Source of the DNA: Craspedostauros australis
Lineage: Eukaryota
Assembly (NCBI GenBank): GCA_030167865.1
Contig: JALAGF010003692.1
Coordinates: 1-64,000, forward strand
Direction of reading: 5' to 3'
DNA length: 64,000 nt
The position numbers and the translations under genes are program-made. Position 1 is the first letter of the stretch. Every line of letters begins with the position of its first letter. The notes under the pieces are model-generated. The model searched no databases. It worked only from the letters and a program-made list of their open reading frames with translations, and was not told where the DNA came from. Of this stretch, positions 24,968 through 35,138 are shown one piece after another.

Positions 24968-26413
24968 ATGTCAGCACCATCTTCTGCATCCATCAATCGC
25001 GCTTCAGTCCATCACGTCAACATCTTCGGATCCTTGCTGTGCCTGCTGATCCTCGCGTCGCAAGGCAGCCTCGTTCGGTCGTTGCAGATGAGTTCGGCAC
25101 TGCAGCTCACCGACAATCCCAAGCCCAGGCTGCCGATCCCGGAGCCAATCCTGTCGCTGACGCAGGGCACCTGGGCGTACGACACGATGTCGCGCCGCGT
25201 CAATGAGGAGATCCTGCAACGCACCTACGAGGAGAACCAGGAGGAGTTCGAATCCGAAGAGTTCGCGGACGTCCTGCGGCGTTTCAACGAGCTGCGCGAG
25301 GACTTGAAGCAGAGCAGCCGTCTCACCATGCTAGAGGATCTGCCCGACGGCGCCGACGAGGACCGCGTCCGGGAATGGAAGACGTGGCAGCTGATCCTGC
25401 AATCCTTCCTGGACAACGACGACACGTGGCTGTCCGCCCCGTGGCTGGTCACTGAATTTTACGTCTACCGCTGCCTGATGCAGGCCATCGGATACTGGTC
25501 GGAGGGAACTGCTGGGTACAAGTACGATCCATTCGCCAAGCAGAAGACCGCGGGCCTGGAGACCTCCGTCGGCTCGGCCGAATCCATGCTGGCGAAGATC
25601 GAGGCCATCCCCAAAACCCGCGAAGGCATCAACCTCGCGGCCAGCGTTGCGCTGTGGGGCAACAAGATGGATCTCTCGCTATGGCCCGCCGATGCCTCCA
25701 GCGCCAACGTGGACATCTTCTCCAGCATCCTCGCAAATGCTGCGGAGAACCTGCTGCACGACGACTCTGATGTGCTGGCGGACCACTGCGACAAGCTCAA
25801 GGCCAACGGCGGCGGCAACGTCGACATCATCGTCGACAATGCGGGCTTCGAGCTCATCACGGACCTGGCGCTTGCCCAGCACCTGATCGACAGCGGCATT
25901 GCATCGTGCGTCACATTCCAGCTCAAGTCCCACCCAACCTTCGTCTCCGACGCGTTGGAGAAGGACCTGCTTGCGCACGTGGAGTACTACGCCGGCTTGA
26001 ATGCCAAGGAATACCCCAGTTGCCAGAACGCCGGCATGAAGTGGAAAGCGTACCTCGCCGAAGGCAAATGGAAATGCAACGAAGACGACTTCTGGGTGCA
26101 GCCATTGGCGATGTGGGACATGATGGAACCCCTGCATCAGGACATGAAAGACCGGTGCGATCTGGCCTTCGTGAAGGGCGACGCCAACTACCGTCGTCTG
26201 CTGGGAGATTGCATGTGGGATTACACAGCGCCGTTCGAAGACGTCGTCGGTGCGTACTTTCCATGCCCCGTCTGCGCGCTGCGGACGCTGAAGGCAGAGA
26301 TCGGCTGCGGCATGGACGTCGCCCAGGTGCAACGCGCCAAGGATCTGGACGACAGCTGGATGGTGAACGGCAGATTCGGCGTGGTTCATTTCGGGAAGGG
26401 ATCATCCAACTAA
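24968..26413 (+). CDS. DUF89 / ARMT1-like metal-dependent damage-control phosphatase with N-terminal signal-like peptide, ~481 aa
   Basis: Motifs APWLVTEFYVYR, LWGNKMDLSL, DIIVDNAGFEL, FVSD, FVKGDANYRRL and ALRTLKAEIGCG are typical of the ARMT1/YMR027W subfamily. Hydrophobic IFGSLLCLLILAS near the N-terminus. The start codon is inferred. Confidence 0.9.
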   Translation: MSAPSSASINRASVHHVNIFGSLLCLLILASQGSLVRSLQMSSALQLTDNPKPRLPIPEPILSLTQGTWAYDTMSRRVNEEILQRTYEENQEEFESEEFADVLRRFNELREDLKQSSRLTMLEDLPDGADEDRVREWKTWQLILQSFLDNDDTWLSAPWLVTEFYVYRCLMQAIGYWSEGTAGYKYDPFAKQKTAGLETSVGSAESMLAKIEAIPKTREGINLAASVALWGNKMDLSLWPADASSANVDIFSSILANAAENLLHDDSDVLADHCDKLKANGGGNVDIIVDNAGFELITDLALAQHLIDSGIASCVTFQLKSHPTFVSDALEKDLLAHVEYYAGLNAKEYPSCQNAGMKWKAYLAEGKWKCNEDDFWVQPLAMWDMMEPLHQDMKDRCDLAFVKGDANYRRLLGDCMWDYTAPFEDVVGAYFPCPVCALRTLKAEIGCGMDVAQVQRAKDLDDSWMVNGRFGVVHFGKGSSN

Positions 26414-26736
26414 TTCGTCGAATAGGTCGCACGTATGGTACCGCGATTGATGGATTGACGGATTGACGGATTGACGGATTCATTGCTTGAACAGTGGCTA
26501 GATGCGTCCTTGTCACACTTGGCGGGCAGAGGCATAGTCAACTGACCGAAGTGCATCGATTGAATGACCAACCGCGCTAATTCAATCATTGCAGCGCCTA
26601 CCTTGTCCGATCTACTCCACTGTACACTTGTTCAGGTGACAGACACACTCTTTACGCCTATGCAAGAGAAGCTACCGGCCCGTACATCGTTCGTTCATGA
26701 GCGTACACAGGAGACAAAAGTAGCCTTTTTCTATGT

Positions 26737-28308
26737 TCAGATGACGCCGCCGCCGTAGCCACGTTCGAACGCATAGCGGTCTGGGTAATCTCGTGCACTA
26801 CCGTGCCGTCTCTTGATGAGGTTTGGGCCCTCTCGCTTCAGCGCCTCGACCGTCGGCGTTCCAAGCAGACCCATGGCTCTGTCAAGCTCCACCTTCAGGA
26901 TGTCGAACGCCTTGCAAACGCCCTCCTCTCCACCTGCGGCAAGTCCATACAGGTACGGCTTTCCGACACCGACCGCGTCGGCTCCAAGCGCGAGTGCTTT
27001 TGCGATGTCTGTTCCGCGTTGTATCCCTCCATCCAGTATCACTTCTGCGTCCGGGCCAACGGCTTCGCGGATGGACGGAAGTACGTCGATTGTGGCAGGC
27101 GCGGTCTCCATCTGGCGGCCGCCGTGGTTGGAAACCCAGACAGTGGAAAATCCAGTGTCGATGGCCTTTTTGGCATCCTCGGGTCGCACCACGCCTTTCG
27201 TCGCTGCCGGACCATTCCACTCGCCAAGCAACCACTCCGCATCGGCCCACGTGAAATCTGGAGCGATTTTGTTGTCCACGAATTCGTACAGATCTTGCGC
27301 GGGCACGTCGGCGTTGATGCAGGCGTAGACGCACGGGTCATTCGCAAGGAAATCGTAGGTCCATGCAGGTCTCGCCAGCGCCTGCATGACGTGCGCCGGA
27401 GTGTGCTGCAGAGGGATGGTAAACTCATTCCGGAGGTCACGTTCGCGGTTTCCATACCAGCTGAAGTCGACGGTGAGCGCCAATGCGCTGAATCCATTCT
27501 CTCGGGCTTTGGCGATGAGATCTCTGACTAGTTCTTTGTCGTTCCACAGGTACATCTGGAAGATCTTCGGTCCTGTGTGGACCTTCGAAACATCTTCAAA
27601 TCCTGACGTCGCGTGCGTCGACAGTCCATACAGCGTCCCAAATTTCGCTGCCGCTTTGGCAACACCAACTTCGCCCTCGTGATGAAAGATGCGGTTGGCG
27701 GCTGTTGGGCAACCGAAGAATGGCATATCGATATCCATGCCGAAGATCTTGGTGCTCAAGTCGAGCGGGGGCTTGATGCCGGAGAGGACCTTGTAGTGCA
27801 TCTCATGCTCGGAGTAGGCATCCTTGTTTCTCCGCAGGGTGATCTCATCGTCAGCGCCAGAATCAATGTAGTCAAAAATAATCTGTTTTGGTGTTCGTTC
27901 ATGATGAGTTCGGATTCAAAGTCGGAGGCAGATTGCCGAAGAGCATAGTATTTTCGCAAACGGTAGATGGTTGTGGCACAACGGTGAGAGCATTGTTGTT
28001 GGATGTGATGTAGAACTCTCTTCCTAAAGACCTGGTTCGAGAGAGAGAGAGCAGAGAGAGGGAAACTAATACAATCCTGTTGAAAAAGCACCACCATGAT
28101 TCGCACCACTCCGAACTACGACAGCATTCACTGTGGTGGTCTGAGTAAGAATATGACTGACCTTGTGCGTCCTGGACTTCGCGATCGATCGAAGGTCGGC
28201 AATGTTGACGGCTTTCCTCACAGCCCTCTTGTATGGGGCATCGAAGACGGCCCCCAGCGGGATGTGCTTCAGCACCTTGTGCACTCCGAACTTGTGTGGA
28301 TCGATCAT
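26737..28308 (-). CDS. FMN-dependent alpha-hydroxy-acid dehydrogenase (L-lactate dehydrogenase/glycolate oxidase family), copy A, 2 exons, ~430 aa
   Basis: Exons 28308-28162 and 27882-26737, intron GTCAGT...AACAG. Motifs DYIDSGADDEITLRRN, FQMY, LTVD, GNRERD, KGV, SNHGGRQ, DGGIQRGTDIAKALALGA. There is a possible in-frame upstream ATG at 28467. Confidence 0.93.
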
Positions 28309-29161
28309 CAAGTCTCCGTTTGCGGATGAGACTCCAAAAGGAGAGCGTATCGTTGTCTGCACAGCAGCAGTATGAACTGTTTTTCGTCTGAGTCTGAGTA
28401 TGAGTCGGAGTCGGAGTCTTCCTCGTATGTGTGCGAGGGTGAGGGGTGGGATCTTCTCGTTGGCCATTTCTTGTCGCAGCGTGACGGAACCGATCAAGTT
28501 GCACGTGTGTTTCCCTGCTTTTTCACAATGTTGTGTGGCGCAGAGGTGGCCTTTTGTGGTTGGGTGGAAAGAGTGATGGGTCATCCAGAACAAAGAGTGA
28601 AGGAAGAATTATTCCAAGAAGACAAACCAAAGAGACAATTCGACACCTTTGATCACATCTGATTCGCGGAAGACATATTTCGTGTCGCAGTGACCACACA
28701 CAAGATTCTGCCCCCACAAATGTTCCCAAAATCAGGAGTTGGGTCAGGTCGAACCCTCTTTTTGGGGATTCAATCAGAGTGTTTCGAAATGCAACATGTG
28801 TCATAGTCTAGAGTATCCCACTTCTCGGTGTAATGGTGCCCGGACAACCATCGTCTGTCGTCGTGAAGAACCGACATCGAGCTGTGCAGCTCGCCACATG
28901 AAGTGAGCTATTCTACATATTACCGCGCACCAGATACGAACCATCCACAATGAGTGCTACCGCACATGAGAGTTCTACGCGAGATCGTGCCCGTGGTGGA
29001 GTACTCTCGGGGTGAAGAAGTGATACATGACATCCACATTCTTCGGTCAAAGATGGCTGCCTAATTTACGATCGGTTCCTCAGTTGACCGATCTACTCGA
29101 GCCATGATGACACAATCGCAGTCCTTTTCTCGACCGCTTGTGATTTCCGACGATCTTGCGG

Positions 29162-30749
29162 TTAGATGACGCCGCCGCCGTAGCCACGTTCGAACGCATA
29201 GCGGTCTGGGTAATCTCGTGCACTACCGTGCCGCCTCTTGATGAGGTTTGGGCCCTCTCGCTTCAGCGCCTCGACCGTCGGCGTTCCAAGCAGACCCATG
29301 GCTCTGTCAAGCTCCACCTTCAGGATGTCGAACGCCTTGCAAACGCCTTCCGCTCCGCCGGCGGAAAGTCCATACAGGTACGGCTTTCCGACACCGACCG
29401 CGTCGGCTCCAAGCGCGAGTGCTTTGGCGATGTCTGTTCCGCGTTGTATCCCTCCATCCAGTATCACTTCTGCGTCCGGTCCAACGGCTTCGCGGATGGA
29501 TGGGAGCACGTCGATTGTGGCAGGCGCGGTCTCCATCTGGCGGCCGCCGTGGTTGGAAACCCAGACGGCGGAAAATCCAGCCTCGATGGCCTTTTTGGCA
29601 TCCTCGGGTCGGATTACGCCCTTCATCGCGATCGGACCATTCCACTCGCCAAGCAACCACTCTGCATCCGACCAGGTGTACTCTGGGGTGACCTGATCGT
29701 CTATGTGTTGGGACAGCTTTTCCGCGGGCACGTCGGCGTCGATGCAGGCGTAGACGCACGGGTCATTCGCAAGGAAATCGTAGGTCCATGCAGGTCTCGC
29801 CAGCGCCTGAATGGTTTGCTTCAGAGTGTACGGGAGCGGGATCATGTAGTCATTCCGGATCTCGCGTTCACGATTTCCATGCCAACTGAAGTCGACTGTG
29901 AGTGCCAATGCGTTGAATCCATTCTCTTTGGCTCGGTCGAGGACCTCCTTGACCAGTTCCCTGTCCTTCCAGATGTACATCTGAAAGAGCTTTGGTCCTG
30001 TGTTCACTTTCGTAATATCTTCAAAACTCGTCGTTGAGTGCGTTGACAGTCCGTACAACGTCCCAAATTCCTGCGCCGCTTTGGCAACGGCGGCCTCGCC
30101 CTCGTAGTGGAAGACGCGGTTACCGGCTGTTGGGCAACCGAAGAATGGCATATCAATATCCATGCCGAAGATCTTGGTGCTCAAGTCGAGCGGGGGCTTG
30201 ATGCCGGAGAGGACCTTGTAGTGCATCTCATGCTCGGAGTAGGCATCCTTGTTTCTCCGCAGGGTGATCTCATCATCAGCCCCCGCATCAATGTAGTCGA
30301 ACATAATCTGGCAAGGTATTCATTCATTCATTCATTCGTTCGTTCGTTCATGACGAGTTCGACTTCGCAGTCGGTGGCGGGTTGCAGAACAAAAGTGTGA
30401 GGGACGGATGCATCACAGCCGCAAATGACGCGTTGCAGCACGAGTGCGTCAACGACATTGGGTGAGTGCCATGCTCCCTGAAGGAACGCAATGACACGAC
30501 AAACATCGTGATTGATGTACGTATGTCGTCAATAACGTTGCGCACCAGCACCAGCACAGCGACTTCTGATGGTGTGATCTGAGTACGAGTATGACTGACC
30601 TTGTGCGCTCTGGCCTTCGCAAGCAGTCGGAGGTCGGCAATGTTGACGGCCTTCTTCACCGCTCTCTTGTGCGGGGCATCGAGGATAGCCCCCAGCGGGA
30701 TGTGCTTCAGCACCTTGTGCAGCCCGAACCTGTGTGGATCGAACAGCAT
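29162..30749 (-). CDS. FMN-dependent alpha-hydroxy-acid dehydrogenase, copy B, 2 exons, ~431 aa
   Basis: Exons 30749-30600 and 30307-29162. Same intron position and same 1146-nt exon 2 length as copy A, and all catalytic motifs are present. Confidence 0.93.
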
Positions 30750-31672
30750 ACTTTCTCTCTCTTTCTCCTTCCGTTGTTGACGGAATTCCAAAAAATGGAT
30801 TTGTCGGCACTTCGCAAATCGAATGTGACGCAGCGACGGCGCGTCCGGAAGGTGGTACGAGACTGGGTGATGGTGCTGTGCACTTGGTTGTGGCCCTTCT
30901 GTGGATCAAGAGTGATGAATCTCGGGGCGAAAAGGGAATTCGTGGTGAGCAATGACGGTTCGGTGGTTTGGTGTGTGTTGGATGGTGGTGCGGGGTGATT
31001 GGCTTTTGTGTGACGACTTTGTTCCAAGACCCAGCAAGTTGAGGAGATGTCTGACTCACGCAGCGAGAGCAGATCGGTTGTGCACACGTTCTGTTCAACA
31101 ACGAACCGGGTATCGGGCGACAATCTGCTCCAATCAACCTGATTGGTCCAACGCATACCCAGGATGTCACATCGACGAACCAATCGCGACAGAAGTTATC
31201 AATCTTGGTCCAATCAACAGCACGGGATTGGAAACAAGTCCAAGAGCTGACGAACGGACCCAACACGAAATCGTGTTCCATAATTTCGGAAACTGTATCC
31301 AGATGACACGTTCTTCCAGAAACCCATACGGCCGCCGTACGTACGTAACGTTGGTCATATTGATTGTGTGCCTCACGGACACGATGTCTGTTCTTTTCGG
31401 ACACACACAGGGAAAGACCATGCTGAAAGCGGGAGAGCGTTCATGTCCGCGAGAAGAGATCCCAGACGTTCGCAAGCATTGCGCGCCATCCTGCTGATCA
31501 TGGACGCAGCTGAAGGTACTCATCCATCCATCCATCCATCCATCCATCCATCCATTATATTCTATTCTATTCGACAACATTGAACATCAACCAGAGAGAA
31601 CAACAAAAGAGATCCCTCTGCGTCGCTCTCTGGAAAGAGTCAACGCGACGAGAACCATCAGACTGCGTCATC

Positions 31673-32767
31673 ATGAGTCAGTCTGCAACGTCGCGCGACG
31701 TGTCTGCCACCGCCGCAGCATCCGCGGACCTATCTGCCTCCGCCCAAACCACATGGACGACCGACGAGGCCGACGAGTTGCGCAAGCAGCTGCGCGCAGC
31801 CTTGCAATCCATCAATCGCAGAGAACCGTTGGAGCCAACCTACAAGCGGCTGCTGCTGGGCGGACTCGTCACGCGCCGTTCGCCTGTCATCCCGCGCGAC
31901 AAGTTCTACAAACGGCTGCCATCGCGATTGCGCGAACGCGTCGAGGCCTACCAGGCAGAGATGCAGGGCAAGGATCCGTTCGATCGCATCTCCCAACGCC
32001 AAGCCCTGGAGGAAGCGGCCATGCGCACGGCCTTCACGTTGCGCGAGGCCAAAGATCATGAACAGCTCGCGCTGCTCGAAGCGACGTTGGCAGCCAAGGC
32101 CATGCATCCCATCCAGAAGCGCCATCTGGATGGGATGGTGCTGCAGCTGCAGGCCCGCAAGGATCGGAAGTTGCGCAGCATGAGCCCGACGAATGTGCCG
32201 GCCTCAACGTCATCGGCATCGAAGCAGAGCGATCATGCGCGTCGTGCGGCGGAGCTGGAGGCCACGCAGATTCAGGCGCGAAAGCGAGAGGAGATGCGGC
32301 TGCGACGCGAGGCCGAACGACAGCGCCGCAAGAAGGAAGAGATGGAACGCGCCCGGGCCGATACGCCCCAGCAGGCATTGCACAAGATGATCGAGCCGAT
32401 CTTTCAGAAGCTCTGGGACATGACCTTCGACGTGCTGGGTGGGACGAATCCGTTCCGCGTCATCATCGATCGGACCACCTGCATCAGCCTCGATGCTCCG
32501 GATTACTGCGACATCATCAAGAAGCCCATGAACCTCACCTACATCCGCAACAAGATTCGGGATCTGCAGTACGAGAACTTGCAGCAGTTTTTCGCCGATC
32601 TGGAGCTCATGATTGACAACGCTATCGTGTACAACAGCGATCTCAACAATCCTTACCGTATCGCAGCGGACGACATGAAGCGACGCAATGCCAAGCTCAT
32701 GAAGAAGGTCCACGAGAAGCTGCAGGCCCAGGCGCAAGCCGCCAATGCTGCAAATGCCACCAAGTAG
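31673..32767 (+). CDS. Bromodomain-containing protein with preceding charged coiled coil, ~364 aa
   Basis: C-terminal NPF...APDYCDIIKKPMNLTYIRNKI...YENLQQFFADLELMIDNAIVYN is a bromodomain signature including the acetyl-lysine-binding YN. Single exon, ATG at 31673. Confidence 0.88.
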   Translation: MSQSATSRDVSATAAASADLSASAQTTWTTDEADELRKQLRAALQSINRREPLEPTYKRLLLGGLVTRRSPVIPRDKFYKRLPSRLRERVEAYQAEMQGKDPFDRISQRQALEEAAMRTAFTLREAKDHEQLALLEATLAAKAMHPIQKRHLDGMVLQLQARKDRKLRSMSPTNVPASTSSASKQSDHARRAAELEATQIQARKREEMRLRREAERQRRKKEEMERARADTPQQALHKMIEPIFQKLWDMTFDVLGGTNPFRVIIDRTTCISLDAPDYCDIIKKPMNLTYIRNKIRDLQYENLQQFFADLELMIDNAIVYNSDLNNPYRIAADDMKRRNAKLMKKVHEKLQAQAQAANAANATK

Positions 32768-35138
32768 AGCAGTCTGCTCAACGCTTGGAGGACTCGAATG
32801 TGCATTTATACGAATGTACATTCACAGATTTACAGGTGCGCAACAAAGGTTGCATCGTGTCATACCTACCTGCGTACCTACCGTGGAACGACCGACCACG
32901 ATGTCGTACAGACGACTATTCATAGAGTACTGGTACTAATGCATACATTACATCATTGAGAAGATTACTGGTAGCGATTATGGACACCTGCTGCTTGACA
33001 CGGCTCTCCTTCTCATCACGTTGCATCCATGCCATCCATGTATTGGTACCGGGTGACATGATGGGTTGGCACAACGATGTGGTTATGGTTGCGGTCATGC
33101 ACAGGAGACAGAACGAGAGGAAAGCTGGAAAGGCAGCTGGGAGGAAAGAAGAACGAGATGAGCTTGTCACGACTGAGTGATGTTTCTTATATAATATTAT
33201 AGTACACACCGCACATATTGGTATTGTGATGTGGCATTCTGTTGCTGCTGCCCTGGCTGTTGCAGCTGCAACGACTCCAGTCATGAGCTCGGTATGAGCT
33301 ACAGTCGGGATCGTGTGTGTGCAAGTGGTGGGAGTGTCCACGGATTTGGCATCCAAAAGGTGTGTTGATGATTCCGCGCTCGAAACAGCGCCAGCGTGTA
33401 TGTTCAACTTTTGGGGGTTTGCCATTGTCGAAGTGTTGTCGTGTTCATTGCAGCCTTGGCTGCTGCTGCGGTGAATGTTCTCTATTCAGGATTGACGTTT
33501 GGTGCGACGGTTGGTGTGGCGATCGTTGATCGTGCCTTTGCTCCCGATGCTGTGAGTGTGGGCGATGTTGGCAAGCCATCCGGCGATGCAGAGGTAACGA
33601 TGATGTTGCATTGAACATAGCAACTTTCGTTTTCACCTCGATCTGCAAGCAATGCCTCATCGAGCGGCCCAGTCATGATTTCTCCGTCGGGGTCCACCGC
33701 ATTGGGGTTGGTTGCCATTGTCTTTTGCGGTTGGAGGACTCTGCTCGTTTCTCGTTCCGTGCGCCTTGTTCCTCGTCGTTTGGTGCACGAGTATGATGAT
33801 TGATGTTGCTGCTGGTGTTGCGGGAGCTGTTTGTGTGGTTACTATGAGAACGATGCCAAACTCCCAGCGTCGCTCTTGCCAGAGTTCGCGTCACAATTAT
33901 TGTCATGGCTCGTATCACGGCTGTGTCGATCGCCTCCCGCTTCTTTCCAATCGCTGCTGTGGAATACCATGTCTTTCCACGCTGTTCTTCCACGCCGGTC
34001 TTCCACGCTGTTCTTCCACGGCTTGTCCTTGCGTAGCTTGTGCAGCTGGAAATTCGTTTGGCTGATAGTCGTGAACATGACCTTGATAAGTGAGCACGGA
34101 GAATGGTGATTGTGGTGGCTTCGTTGGAAACTCCGATTGGTTGGCCGATTGATTGACTCAATGATGATGATTGCAGTCACAACCTTCATGGCCGATCAGT
34201 CGCGGAACGGGTTCCCTCCACTGTGGATTTACCGTGGAGACACCGTAAACTTTCCATCCTCTTTCTTGGTCCTCCTTGATCCGCTTTGATCCCTCTTGCA
34301 CCCTCACGTCGTCTGAAGAGCACTCGATCATCTAGGAATGATCATTGCGTTCTGTGTTTGCTCTTCGATTGTGGATGGATTGCTGTCTCCGCGCCTCGCC
34401 AAGACCATCACGGTCATCACCATGGTCACCATCACGATGGCCACCATCGCCACCATCACCACCACCCAACCGCTCATGACGAGAAAACGAGACAAAGAAA
34501 ACAAAGATACCAACGCAACTGACCACCTGAATCACCCACCGGACACCAGCGACTCACAGGACTCGTTCAATTTCTAGAGAGAGAGACTGGTAGACTGCCC
34601 GACAACATGAGTAGGTAGTTTGGAATCAGAAATGAAAAACTCGAAAGAACTTCGTGTTGCTACGTGCCTGCTGTGCCATTCCTCATTCTTCTGCTCTATT
34701 CCACTTGGCAATGGACATGTTGACGATGCAACAATAATCCAATTGCTTCGGACAGATAGTTCACTGTGGTTGTCTCTCCAGTACATCTATGCTATCAATC
34801 ATGAAGAGGCGAATTAAATGGGTGGAGGTGGCCACATAATTCATCTCAGCGGACAGGCGATGCCTGCAAGCTGCTTCGTTCTCATGATTACATTCTTCAA
34901 TGGAGGGGATCGAATGGAGTCCTCTTTGGAATGTGACACTTGGGTGTATGGTAGAGTCGGTGGAGTAAAGTAGTTTCGTTTTATGCTGCCTGGTCTGATT
35001 TTTTTCGCGATCGGTTTGCTCGTTTGGCCGATCTACCGGAGTGCCGTGCTGATGCGATCGAGGCCTTCAACAATTGTACTTGTCTTCGACCGCTGATGGT
35101 TCGGATTAATCTTTTGCGGATGTGGGACAAAAATGCGC

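Noticed and set aside
34286-34522. His-rich small ORF (HHGHHHGHHHDGHHRHHHHH)
   Set aside because: It arises from a CAC/CAT-rich simple repeat, lacks an ATG start and has no supporting context.
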